A DNA stretch of 64,000 bases from Myxococcales bacterium. Its GTDB lineage: Bacteria; Myxococcota; UBA727; GCA-2721815. Positions 19,969-30,030 of this stretch are shown here, piece after piece. The DNA lies in contig PBLQ01000061.1 in assembly GCA_002721815.1 (NCBI GenBank), positions 108,905 through 172,904 on the forward strand, read 5' to 3'. The notes beneath the pieces are model-generated. The model searched no databases. It was not told the origin of the DNA and worked only from the letters and a program-made list of their open reading frames with translations. Position numbers and translations under genes: made by a program. Within the stretch, counting starts at the first letter, position 1. Each line of letters opens with the position of its first letter.

Positions 19969-22710
19969 ATGAGCAAAAAAGCAAAAGAAAAAGCGTTACA
20001 GGCAAAAGAAGACGCGCTTTTAATTCGAGCGTCCGGTGTCATTTGGCCGGAAGACGCCAAAATCACTCCCATGATGCGTCAATGGCTCAAGGCCAAAGCC
20101 CAATCGCCTTCTTCCATTTTGCTTTTCCGCATGGGGGATTTTTACGAGCTTTTCGGTGATGACGCTGTTTCGGCCGCGCCCGTTTTAGAGTTGGCCTTGA
20201 CCAGCCGTGACAAAGGTAAAAACGGATTTCCCATGGCTGGGTTTCCGCACCATGCCGCTCCGGTTTATATTGCCAAACTCATCGAAGCTGGCCTCAAAGT
20301 GGCTGTCTGTGATCAAATGGAAGACCCTGCTTTGGCGAAAGGAATTGTCAAAAGGGATATCACTCGCATTGTAACGCCCGGTCTTATTTTAGAAGATGAA
20401 AGTTTAACCGCTGGCAACAATAACTATTTAATGGCCATCCACGGTGATGCCCATCAAATGGGTTTGGCCGCTTTAGATTTGTCCACCGGTGATTTTGTGT
20501 GCACCGTAACAGCTGACTATGAATCAATTTGGGATGAGGTTTTACGTCTCAACCCTGCAGAATTGGTGGTGGTGGACCAACCCTGGCAGCGGGCACAATT
20601 TGAAGGCATGGTACAAGCGCACCCTGGAGCACTGACCTGCCGAATAGAGTGGAAAGAAACGAAGCGCCTAGACGTGGCGGTGTTCGAACCACTCGGCCTT
20701 TTAGATCCTGTTTTAGAAACCGATTCATTCAAAGAAGGCTTGACCGCAGCTGCTTTGGTTTTATCTTACGTCCAAGAGAATCAAAATGGCTTACCACCTC
20801 ATTTGTCGACGCCGCGGCCTTACGCTATCGATCATCAATTGATTATTGATGAAACCACCCGAACCCACCTGAACTTGGTTGGTTCCTCCCGCCAGCGACG
20901 TAAAAAGGGAACGCTCCTGTGGGCGCTCGACCGAACATTGACCGCTATGGGGTCCAGGCATTTGCAAAGACGTTTGCTGGCGCCTTCAACAAATCTTGAA
21001 AAAATAAACAACTGGCAAGATGAAGTGGCCGAGATGGTGGCGAAACCAATGGTTGTCGAAGGTCTCAAAACCGCGTTGCGTGACGTTTATGATTTAGAAA
21101 GATTAACCGCGCGTGTGGCCAGCCAACGTGCTTCCCCTCGTGATCTTGGTCAACTACGTAAGTCTATGAGCGCTTTGCCTCGTTTGCAACAGGCTTTGGG
21201 GCTGAGTAAAAAAGGTGTGTTGGCAGCCCGGGGCAAAGCACTGGATATACTTGACGACGTGTACGCCGAGTTGGATAAAGCGTTGGCCGAAACGCTGCCG
21301 CTCACCCAAAAAGAGGGCGGTTTGTTCAAAGAAGGGTTTAACGCCGAACTTGACGAATTGGTGGGCTTGGCCACAGGTGGACGACAAGCCATTGTACAGG
21401 TTGAAGAACAAGAAAGGGCCCAAACGGGAATCCCAAACCTCAAAGTTAAGCACACCCGTGTTTTTGGATACTACATAGAAGTGACTCGCAGCCATTTGTC
21501 CCGGGTGCCGGAACATTATCGACGTAAACAAACGATTGCCAATGGCGAACGATATATTACTGAAGAACTCAAGTCGCTTGAAGAGCGGGTGGCGTCGGCA
21601 GAAACCCGGCGCGTGGCCAAAGAAGCACAGCTTTTTGAAGCGTTGCGAGCCATGTTGGCCTCTCACGCACAACGTTTTTTAAAGGTGGCACAAGATGTGG
21701 CGTCTCTTGACGTTGCTTTCTCCTTTGCGACCATCAGCCAAGAGCGCAACTACAAGAGACCCGAACTGTTGCCCGCCGATCAAAGAATCATGATGGTCGA
21801 AAGAAGCCGTCACGCTGTGTTGGAACTTCTCAGCGAAGAATTGGCAGAGCCTTTCGTGCCCAATGACATTCACCTGGATTCGCAAGAGCGACAGATGTTG
21901 CTGGTGACGGGACCCAATATGGCGGGGAAAAGCACGGTAATGCGCCAGGTGGCACTGATTCAAATTCTCGCACAAATGGGTTGCTTTGTCCCAGCGGAAG
22001 TCGCCAATTTGTCTTTGTGCGATCGGGTCTTTGCGAGGGTCGGCGCCTCTGATGATTTGGCGCGCGGACGGTCTACCTTTATGGTGGAAATGGCAGAGAC
22101 CAGTCACATCCTTAAAAACGCGACGCCTTTTTCTTTGGTACTTTTGGACGAGATCGGGCGAGGCACCAGCACTTATGATGGCCTGGCCATCGCTTGGGCC
22201 GTGACGGAATATTTACACCAGCAGGTGGGTGCACGTACTTTATTCGCGACCCATTATCACGAACTCACCAGTTTATCGACGAAGCTCGAGCGTCTCCAAA
22301 ACATGCATGTGGCGGTCCATGAAAAAGATAAAAAGATAACATTTTTACGATTGCTCAAAGATGGACCTGCGGGCCGCAGTTATGGGGTACATGTGGGAAA
22401 ACTGGCCGGCCTCCCTGATGCGGTGATCGAACGCGCCACTGGGCTGTTGGAGCTTTTTGAGTCTGACCAGGGTCCAAAGAGCGGTCCCTCTGTGCAAGAA
22501 AATCAACTGCTCTTATTCAATGGCCCCAAACCGGAAACCAGTGATGCCGTATCACCCGTTCATCGCTGGCTCGAAGAAGAGCTGGCCGCCTTGGATTTGA
22601 ACGCGCTTACCCCGATCGATGCTTTGAACGCATTGGCAAGGCTTCAAGCCGGTGCGAAGAAAAAATCACCCAAGAAGGCGAAACCCTCCAAGAACATTCG
22701 TCGCGTTTAA
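19969..22710 (+). CDS. mutS: DNA mismatch repair protein MutS.
   Basis: N-terminal TPMMRQWLKAKAQSPSSILLFRMGDFYELFGDDA mismatch-binding domain, Walker A GPNMAGKST, and STFMVEM. Confidence 0.95.
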   Translation: MSKKAKEKALQAKEDALLIRASGVIWPEDAKITPMMRQWLKAKAQSPSSILLFRMGDFYELFGDDAVSAAPVLELALTSRDKGKNGFPMAGFPHHAAPVYIAKLIEAGLKVAVCDQMEDPALAKGIVKRDITRIVTPGLILEDESLTAGNNNYLMAIHGDAHQMGLAALDLSTGDFVCTVTADYESIWDEVLRLNPAELVVVDQPWQRAQFEGMVQAHPGALTCRIEWKETKRLDVAVFEPLGLLDPVLETDSFKEGLTAAALVLSYVQENQNGLPPHLSTPRPYAIDHQLIIDETTRTHLNLVGSSRQRRKKGTLLWALDRTLTAMGSRHLQRRLLAPSTNLEKINNWQDEVAEMVAKPMVVEGLKTALRDVYDLERLTARVASQRASPRDLGQLRKSMSALPRLQQALGLSKKGVLAARGKALDILDDVYAELDKALAETLPLTQKEGGLFKEGFNAELDELVGLATGGRQAIVQVEEQERAQTGIPNLKVKHTRVFGYYIEVTRSHLSRVPEHYRRKQTIANGERYITEELKSLEERVASAETRRVAKEAQLFEALRAMLASHAQRFLKVAQDVASLDVAFSFATISQERNYKRPELLPADQRIMMVERSRHAVLELLSEELAEPFVPNDIHLDSQERQMLLVTGPNMAGKSTVMRQVALIQILAQMGCFVPAEVANLSLCDRVFARVGASDDLARGRSTFMVEMAETSHILKNATPFSLVLLDEIGRGTSTYDGLAIAWAVTEYLHQQVGARTLFATHYHELTSLSTKLERLQNMHVAVHEKDKKITFLRLLKDGPAGRSYGVHVGKLAGLPDAVIERATGLLELFESDQGPKSGPSVQENQLLLFNGPKPETSDAVSPVHRWLEEELAALDLNALTPIDALNALARLQAGAKKKSPKKAKPSKNIRRV

Positions 22711-22719
22711 AGAGGGGGC

Positions 22720-24450
22720 GTGAGTTTGAGTTCACCAGTCATATCTACCAAGTGGAAAATACGCTCCGGGCGTTCTGATGCGGCTTCCGTTTTTTCCGAC
22801 GCTTTGGGGGTGGGTCCCCTGCTGGCACAGGTGATGGCCAATCGTCGACTTGAAGAAGTGGATGCGGCCGAAGCATATCTTGAACCGAGATTGAATTCAT
22901 TGCCTGATCCTGATGCGTTGGCGGGAATGGCTGAGGCAGTGGCACTTTTGGAATTGGCCCTGGAACGAAAAGAGACCGTTGGCATTTTTGGGGATTATGA
23001 CGTGGACGGCGTGACTTCAACAACGCTGCTCGCCGAATTTCTAAGTGCTTGTGGTTTGCATGTGGTGACCACCATTCCCAACCGATTACTCGAAGGTTAC
23101 GGATTGTCTCAAGCTGGCGTCTCGCGGTTAGCAGAGGCTGGGGCACAGCTGATCGTCACCGTGGACTGCGGTGTGACCGCTCATGAAGAGGTCGCTTTTG
23201 CACGGGAAAAAAATATTGATGTCATTGTCATTGATCACCACACCGTACCTGTAACCTTGCCCGAGGCTGTGGCCATCATTAACCCCCATCGACCCGATTG
23301 CACGCGCAATGCGGAACATTTGTGTGCAGTGGGAGTGACCTTTAATCTTTGTGCTTCGCTTCGCCGTTCGTTGCGTGAAAAGAATTATTTTAACGAAATA
23401 GATGAACCAGATTTGCGACCGCTCTTAGATTTGGTGGCGCTCGGAACGGTTGCTGATGTCGTTCCTTTGGTGGCGGATAACCGTGTTTTTGTGCGTCACG
23501 GCTTGCGCATGATCAGTCGGCAACAGCGTCCAGGGTTTTCGGCACTCATGGAGGTGGCAGACATCCAGCCTCAGCGTATCACGTCGGGGCATCTGGGTTT
23601 TCATTTGGGTCCCCGGGTAAATGCGGCAGGTCGTTTGGCCGATGCGGGGCGCGCGGTTTCTTTGTTCCAAACCTCAAATATGAAAGAGGCGCGCCTTTTG
23701 GCCCAGGAATTGGACCGAGAAAATCAAGCGCGGCGAACCCTGGAAAAGCAGATCACAGAAGAAGCCATTGCGGAAATCGAAGGTCATGACGAACTTCGAA
23801 AAGCAAAAGTTTTGGTGGTGGCGAAAACACATTGGCACCCAGGGGTGGTGGGCATCGTGGCGTCCCGACTGGTGGACCGATTTGGCCGACCCGCTTTGGT
23901 CATCGGAGAGGGGGGCAAAGGTTCAGGACGAAGCATCCCTGCGTTTCATTTGCATCAAGCGCTTTGCGCTGCATCTGAGCATCTGTTGGGTTTTGGAGGC
24001 CATGCCCATGCTGCGGGCGTCCATTTGGATTTTTCGGCTCTTAAGCCGTTGCGGAGTGCCTTAAATAAATTTGCCAGTGAACACCTCCCAGATGATGCGC
24101 TGGGACGCGTTTTTCAGTACGATGGAACCATGGCCATGGAAAATGTCACTTTTGGAAATGTCAGTGAGCTGAGCCGCGCGGCCCCTTTTGGGAGGGGGAA
24201 CCCCGAGCCACTTTTTCGATTTGATGGGTTGCAGGTGGCAAACTTACAAATCCTTAATGGAGGACATCTCAAAGCGTATTGCGGCGAGGGGAATACTTTT
24301 GAACTCATCGCATTCGGACAGGCCGATAAAGAAGATTTGTTTGCTGGTTCCGTAGATGTATTGGCCGTTCCTGAAATCAATCGCTGGCGGGGAAGAGAAA
24401 AGCTGCAGTTGCGTGTCAAAGACGTGATGCCCGCGGGGGTGATGCCATGA
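22720..24450 (+). CDS. recJ: Single-stranded-DNA-specific exonuclease RecJ.
   Basis: DHH motifs GDYDVDGVTS, VDCGV and IDHH, plus the DHHA1 GGHAHAAG. Confidence 0.9.
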   Translation: MSLSSPVISTKWKIRSGRSDAASVFSDALGVGPLLAQVMANRRLEEVDAAEAYLEPRLNSLPDPDALAGMAEAVALLELALERKETVGIFGDYDVDGVTSTTLLAEFLSACGLHVVTTIPNRLLEGYGLSQAGVSRLAEAGAQLIVTVDCGVTAHEEVAFAREKNIDVIVIDHHTVPVTLPEAVAIINPHRPDCTRNAEHLCAVGVTFNLCASLRRSLREKNYFNEIDEPDLRPLLDLVALGTVADVVPLVADNRVFVRHGLRMISRQQRPGFSALMEVADIQPQRITSGHLGFHLGPRVNAAGRLADAGRAVSLFQTSNMKEARLLAQELDRENQARRTLEKQITEEAIAEIEGHDELRKAKVLVVAKTHWHPGVVGIVASRLVDRFGRPALVIGEGGKGSGRSIPAFHLHQALCAASEHLLGFGGHAHAAGVHLDFSALKPLRSALNKFASEHLPDDALGRVFQYDGTMAMENVTFGNVSELSRAAPFGRGNPEPLFRFDGLQVANLQILNGGHLKAYCGEGNTFELIAFGQADKEDLFAGSVDVLAVPEINRWRGREKLQLRVKDVMPAGVMP

Positions 24451-25430
24451 AAACAGGGCTTCAATTATTGGGCGGTCTCTTTGTGGTGTGCTGCTTGGCT
24501 TGGGTTTCAAATGTCCATGCAAAAAAAGCGAAAAACCCATTTTTGCCAACGAGAGCTCACATACCCAAAGGGCAGCAACTGGGAGTTTACTTCTTGCCCT
24601 GGGATGACAATGGCCCGGTGTTGGCCGTTCGGTTTTTTCTTTCAAAAGATAACGTGAAAGGCTCTCTTCCTTTAGAGGCTGCCTTCGTCGATGACTCTGG
24701 GTCCGACATTTGGCGGGAAGAAATTTCCGGGGCGGTGGATTTGGCTTTTTGGGGTGAAGCACCACTGGGGGGTAATCGCGTACATATCGACTTTGCGGAT
24801 GATGGAGCCATTCTGATTTCCTTGAAAGACGTCGCCGAATGGGGAAAAGAGAACCCTCAATATCAGCCGGGTGGGGGGTGGCACGTGGCGCCCATTGATA
24901 AACGCGTGGGTGCCCAACTCATGATTGCTGCGCCGCCACCGTCTCTCGACGAACTTAAAACCAACTGGCGGGTCCGTAGGGGGCTATTGGCCGGAAAACA
25001 TCGTCGTTCCTACGGATGGGTTGTGGTCCGCGAACTTAACACATCGGAACCAGTTTCCGCTTTGGTATGGCCCGCCGGTGAAGGTGTAGCGTGGGCCCAA
25101 ATGAATCACAAAGGCGAGATTGAGTTGGAATATTTAAATGCGTTGGCATCCCAATATCGTCGTAAATACTTTAAGGGCGGGGTGCCAGAGCGAGACGCAT
25201 CAAAATGGGAACGCGCACGGTATGACCTGTTGAATGTCACCGAGAAAGACAGGTGTATCATTCCTGCGACGTTTGTGATTTCTGGGTTTCAGGACATGAG
25301 TGGCTATCAAATCAGCGACGCCATTTATACCCGGTGCGAAAAAGACTCTATTTACGGGAGATTGACCATCAAAAGGATGTGGGGCCAGTATCAAAAACTG
25401 GCCACCCAAGGCCTTTGGGTTCAGTTTTAA
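24447..25430 (+). CDS. Hypothetical secreted protein.
   Basis: N-terminal signal peptide MKTGLQLLGGLFVVCCLAWVSNVHA. ATGA overlap with the recJ stop. Confidence 0.5.
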   Translation: MKTGLQLLGGLFVVCCLAWVSNVHAKKAKNPFLPTRAHIPKGQQLGVYFLPWDDNGPVLAVRFFLSKDNVKGSLPLEAAFVDDSGSDIWREEISGAVDLAFWGEAPLGGNRVHIDFADDGAILISLKDVAEWGKENPQYQPGGGWHVAPIDKRVGAQLMIAAPPPSLDELKTNWRVRRGLLAGKHRRSYGWVVVRELNTSEPVSALVWPAGEGVAWAQMNHKGEIELEYLNALASQYRRKYFKGGVPERDASKWERARYDLLNVTEKDRCIIPATFVISGFQDMSGYQISDAIYTRCEKDSIYGRLTIKRMWGQYQKLATQGLWVQF

Positions 25431-25841
25431 CTAAACAGTGCGGCCCTCGCGATAGGCACGCACTGATTCTAACAACCAATCTCTCAGTCGCTTTTCATCG
25501 CCGGGTGCAAACTTGCGATACGCCGCACCAACCATCCATGAGCCGTCTTGATCTTCGACCCAGACCACATCGGAAGAAACCTTCAGAAGCTCGAGCTCTT
25601 TGTCCACTGGAAGATAAAGAATCAGGTTGATGGGATCACCCACATGCAGTTCTTCGAGGATTTCAAAAGAGATGCCTCCCACCGCCATGTTTCTGGTGGT
25701 GGTGGTAAAACTTTGGGAGCCACATGACACTTCCACACGGACTTCAATTGGGGCCCTCAGGTGGCGTGTTTTTTTCGATTCGACTTCGGTTCCAGCTTCC
25801 TGGGTCATTGGGGTATCCTTTATTGAGGTGCACGATTCCAA
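25431..25841 (-). CDS. PilZ-domain protein (c-di-GMP binding).
   Basis: RxxxR (RHLRAPIEVR) and N/DxSxxG (NMAVGGISF) motifs. Confidence 0.55.
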   Translation of the reverse strand: MESCTSIKDTPMTQEAGTEVESKKTRHLRAPIEVRVEVSCGSQSFTTTTRNMAVGGISFEILEELHVGDPINLILYLPVDKELELLKVSSDVVWVEDQDGSWMVGAAYRKFAPGDEKRLRDWLLESVRAYREGRTV

Positions 25842-26047
25842 GTTGTCAGATCCTCGCGTTCCCCCGATGACGCGCTAAACCCTTTGTCCTGGAAGTGCGC
25901 CATTCTACTGAGGTGTAGCCGATGGATGCAAATTATTGGGTTTTGGATTTTTTAGCCGGTAATGTTGTATAAATGGCCGTTTTTAAATATGATTTTCTAA
26001 ATAATCATCGGGGCATGACGCAAGTGCTGGAAAAAGAGATATCAAAA

Positions 26048-27574
26048 ATGGGAGATCCCCAGAAAAAACCAACTGAAATTCAGGCCCTAGCAGGCCGTCG
26101 TTGGAATATTTTGTGGGTTCTGAGCCTCTTTTTCACCGTTGGAATTACGCCGGCTCAGGCTGATGAAGGCCGTTACCAAGATTATGTTTTTGGCGCACGG
26201 GCCATTGCTTTGGGTGGGGCTTTCACCGCGATATCAAACGACGCTTCGGGTATCTTTTACAACCCAGCAGGCTTGGTAGATGTGAGTCGATCGAACCTCT
26301 CCATTGCGACCAGTTTTTACGGGATTGAATTAGGCGGTCAGGATTTTGCTGAGAACGCAGGCTTTTTAAGCTCAGGCAATTTCTCCGCCGCAGATCTAAT
26401 TATTCTTCCTTCGGCATCGGGGGGGGTCATTGGTTTAGGGCGACCCTTATCAAATGGTGCGTATCGCCATGCCGTTGCATTTGGAACGGCTGTACCCAAA
26501 TACACCTACCGGGTTTTTTCGACCCCTCTTTCAGAGCTGGCAACCGACGCCAATGGCATTATTACCCATTACCGCACAGCATTGGTGGATCGAACATTAC
26601 ATGCAGGTGGGGGTTATGCATACCGTCCTTCTCCCTGGTTACGGATGGGCGCTTCACTTCAGTACGTTTTAAGAACGTTAGATGCGACCGAAGGGTTGAA
26701 TGCTTACGAAGAATCGAACACCCGGTCTTTTTTGTCCTCTAACTCACATTTGCGTGCAACGAACCACAGTTTGCGATCTGCTTTGGGAATTAAACTTCAT
26801 CTGGGTTCGCGTTGGTTGGCCGGACTTTCTGTGACCACTCCATCGTTGGGCTTATACGAAAGCGTGTCATTAGAGTCTTATACGGTCACGGGGGCACCGA
26901 ACCTGCCACCCTCATCGCTTACACCGATTTTGTTTGAAAATGATGCTGTGATTGGCGGTGATGGGCTTGGGACGAACCCTGGTGTTGCCTCGGTGGGTAG
27001 CCAGCAACCGGGCTTTGTGCGGGCAGGGATGGCCTTTGTTCAGCCGTCTTCATTTACGTTGGCATTTGATCTCACAGGATACGCGGCCAACGAATATAAT
27101 TTGCTGCCCATCAATTTCATGGAAGGTGTTTATGACGATCGCAGTGTTCAAGAATTATTGAAGCGCATTCCGATATCTATGGCGGTTTCTCGTAAATCAG
27201 TGGTGAATCTCAACATGGGTTTTGAAAAATTATTTGGCGAAAACAAAAGTGCATCTTTCGGTTTCTTTACCGATTTTTCCTCTGCCCCTGAATTAACGGT
27301 AGATGAAAACGGCTTCTTGCCGGCCGGAGAGAATTCCAGGCTCGCGAATCTAGATATGTTGGGGATTGTTTTAAGCTACGGGCAGTTTTCGGAGCATACA
27401 TTAGGAAGATACGGGGTCATGATTTCTACTGGGAAAGGGAACGTGGTCTCATCCTCAGATCCCAGTGGATCATTGGGTGAGGGGTTGCCTCCCTTGGCTG
27501 TGGCCGAAGCCACGGAGACATTCGTTTACTTTTTCGTTTCTTCCAGTTTTCGATACAGCAAGGCGCGCCAGTAG
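26048..27574 (+). CDS. Outer-membrane beta-barrel protein, FadL/TodX/TbuX-like hydrophobic-compound transporter family.
   Basis: Signal peptide ending ...TPAQA. N-terminal GARAIALGGAFTAISNDASGIFYNPAGL hatch motif typical of the FadL family. Confidence 0.55.
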   Translation: MGDPQKKPTEIQALAGRRWNILWVLSLFFTVGITPAQADEGRYQDYVFGARAIALGGAFTAISNDASGIFYNPAGLVDVSRSNLSIATSFYGIELGGQDFAENAGFLSSGNFSAADLIILPSASGGVIGLGRPLSNGAYRHAVAFGTAVPKYTYRVFSTPLSELATDANGIITHYRTALVDRTLHAGGGYAYRPSPWLRMGASLQYVLRTLDATEGLNAYEESNTRSFLSSNSHLRATNHSLRSALGIKLHLGSRWLAGLSVTTPSLGLYESVSLESYTVTGAPNLPPSSLTPILFENDAVIGGDGLGTNPGVASVGSQQPGFVRAGMAFVQPSSFTLAFDLTGYAANEYNLLPINFMEGVYDDRSVQELLKRIPISMAVSRKSVVNLNMGFEKLFGENKSASFGFFTDFSSAPELTVDENGFLPAGENSRLANLDMLGIVLSYGQFSEHTLGRYGVMISTGKGNVVSSSDPSGSLGEGLPPLAVAEATETFVYFFVSSSFRYSKARQ

Positions 27575-27598
27575 TTTTTCGGTACCATGGCAATCGAA

Positions 27599-28564
27599 TT
27601 ATTTTTTGAGGCGCTCTGCGTAATCCCAAATCAGGGATTCCAATAAAGAGTTTCCTTGACGATTTTCGAGTCCATTGATTTCGCGAATGCCGGTTGGGCT
27701 GGTCACATTCACTTCGGTAAGTCGGTCACCGATGACATCAAAACCAACAAAATGGAGACCTAGCTCTTCCAAGTGAGGCTTGAGGCGCGCAGCGATTTCT
27801 TTGTCCCGTTCATCCACTTGGGTGAGCGCGGCATTGCCACCCACATGTAAATTTGCGCGATGGTCAGTGGCACCCGGTAAACGCTTTAGGGCACCCAAAC
27901 ATTCTCCGCCCAAGAGCAAAACCCGTTTGTCACCCTTATTGATTTCTTTCACATACTCTTGGGCGATAATGGGCGTTGTTCCCCGTTGCGTGAGCACTTC
28001 AATGGCCGATTTAAGGTTTTTGTCTTCATGTGAAAAAACGAAAATGCCGTAGCCACCCGCCGCATCGATGGGTTTTAATACCACTTGTTCCATTTCCTTG
28101 GCTGCATTCAGGAGCTGCTTCGCATCTGCACTGACGATTGTGCGTGGATATAAATCACTGGCAAAATGAGCCCACAATTTTTCGTTGGCGATACGCATGG
28201 ATGTGGGATTGTTTAACACCAAGGTTTTCTTGGGGTCATGACGGTCCAAAATAAAGGTCGCCGTGATAAAGGCTTGGTTCACTGGTGGGTCTTTGCGCAT
28301 CCAGATGAAATCGAAGTCATCAAAGAAGAGTAAGGTTTCCTCCGCGAGCCATTCAAATTCGACTCGTGTTTGCGGGGTGGATTGGAAGGCCAAGGGTCTG
28401 CAGAGGGCGTAACCATTCGCGCCTTCTAAGCCCAGCTGATGGATGCCGCAGAAAAAACTCTCATAGCCTCGTTTTTGGCTCTCCCACATGAGGGCCAGAG
28501 TGGTGTCGCCCTGAGGATCCACATGGTCAAAAGGGTCCATGACATACAAAACGCGTTTGGACAT
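27599..28564 (-). CDS. gshB: Glutathione synthetase (prokaryotic ATP-grasp type).
   Basis: From the internal start MSKRVLYVMDP: MRKDPP, KPIDAAGG, GDKRVLL and VGFDVIGDRLTEVNVTSPTGIRE align closely with E. coli GshB. Confidence 0.9.
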   Translation of the reverse strand: MSKRVLYVMDPFDHVDPQGDTTLALMWESQKRGYESFFCGIHQLGLEGANGYALCRPLAFQSTPQTRVEFEWLAEETLLFFDDFDFIWMRKDPPVNQAFITATFILDRHDPKKTLVLNNPTSMRIANEKLWAHFASDLYPRTIVSADAKQLLNAAKEMEQVVLKPIDAAGGYGIFVFSHEDKNLKSAIEVLTQRGTTPIIAQEYVKEINKGDKRVLLLGGECLGALKRLPGATDHRANLHVGGNAALTQVDERDKEIAARLKPHLEELGLHFVGFDVIGDRLTEVNVTSPTGIREINGLENRQGNSLLESLIWDYAERLKK

Positions 28565-28662
28565 AACTATTTCCTTTGCCGCATTGAAAAGCTTCTTTAA
28601 GAAATCACCAAAAATGGTATGACACAAGCACCCTAACATTTAGTGGTGGTTAAAGGGATGTT

Positions 28663-30030
28663 ATGACGCAGCAAGAACCTCAAAAGCTCACTATGGAAAT
28701 GCTCATGGAATACCTGGCCTCTGGAGAGAAGCCTAAGGAGGCATTCCGCATTGGCACAGAGCATGAAAAATTTGGGTTTCATATCCCCACGCGAACACCT
28801 TTGGGGTTTGAAGGGCGTAAGGGCATTCAGAGCCTTTTAGAAGCCATTTTAAAAGATCCGCAAAGTGCGCCTCGCGGTGAACCCTGGAAGCCGCTGCGCG
28901 AAGCAGGTAAGCTGGTCGGTCTGGCGTCAGGAAGCATGTCTATTTCTTTAGAGCCCGCGGGCCAGTTAGAGCTGTCTGGGGCACCGTTGAAAACCATTCA
29001 TGAAACTGCGCACGAAGTGCGGCAACACTTTAGGTTGCTGCGGCGTTTTTGTGGGCCGAACAACGTTGGCTTTTTGGCTACTGGCTACCATCCTTTTTAC
29101 CATTGGTCCACGTTGCCCCAAATGCCAAAGGCCCGTTACGGCATCATGCGAAACTATATGCCCACAAAGGGCAGACGTGGTTTAGAAATGATGCATGCCA
29201 CCACGACCATTCAAGCGAACTTGGATTTCAGCTCTGAGCAAGAAATGGTAGAGATGTTCAAGCTTGCGCTGGCCATCACGCCGTTGGTGACGACTCTTTT
29301 TGCCAACAGCCCTTTTCTCGAGGGCAAAGCGAGCGGGGCATTGAGCGAGCGCTCTTTGGTTTGGATGGATACTGACCCTGACCGTTCCGGTTTCCCAAGT
29401 TGCGTGTTTGAGAAAGATTTTGGTTACGAAAAGTGGATGAACTGGGTGTTGGATGTCCCCATGTATTTTATTCACCGTGATGGTGAGTATCATGACGTGG
29501 CTGGGGCTTCATTTAGAGATTTTATGTCGAATGGTTTGTTGGGCCATGAAGCCACAATCATCGATTTTGAAAATCATTTATCCACCGTATTTCCTCATGT
29601 CCGGCTCAAGAAATTTTTGGAGGTGCGTTGCGCAGATGGGGGACCCATTAAATTTATTTCTGCTTTACCGGCATTGTGGAAGGGGTTGCTCTACGATGAG
29701 ACGGCCCGACAGCAGGCTTGGGCCCTGATGGACGACCCGTCGTTAGACGAGCTTAACTCTTTCCAAAAAGAGGTCGCCATCAAAGGCTTCGATGCAGTCT
29801 ATCGAGAGCAAAGCTGTCATGATTTGTGCGCTTCACTTGTTGATTTGGCAAGGGACGGCTTGGTTCGACAGGGCGCAAAAAACGATGATGGTGAAGATGA
29901 AACCATCTTCCTCAGAGCTGTTGAAGAGGTGGTACAGCGACGACAAACCCCCGCAGAGCGTCTTCTGTGGAAGCTCAACACTTTTTGGGATGGTGATTTG
30001 CAGCGATTGTGGAAATCACGCGTAGACTAG
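28663..30030 (+). CDS. gshA: Glutamate--cysteine ligase, plant/alphaproteobacterial type.
   Basis: 455 aa. GTEHEKFGF N-terminal motif of plant-type GCL. Divergent from gshB. Confidence 0.75.
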   Translation: MTQQEPQKLTMEMLMEYLASGEKPKEAFRIGTEHEKFGFHIPTRTPLGFEGRKGIQSLLEAILKDPQSAPRGEPWKPLREAGKLVGLASGSMSISLEPAGQLELSGAPLKTIHETAHEVRQHFRLLRRFCGPNNVGFLATGYHPFYHWSTLPQMPKARYGIMRNYMPTKGRRGLEMMHATTTIQANLDFSSEQEMVEMFKLALAITPLVTTLFANSPFLEGKASGALSERSLVWMDTDPDRSGFPSCVFEKDFGYEKWMNWVLDVPMYFIHRDGEYHDVAGASFRDFMSNGLLGHEATIIDFENHLSTVFPHVRLKKFLEVRCADGGPIKFISALPALWKGLLYDETARQQAWALMDDPSLDELNSFQKEVAIKGFDAVYREQSCHDLCASLVDLARDGLVRQGAKNDDGEDETIFLRAVEEVVQRRQTPAERLLWKLNTFWDGDLQRLWKSRVD

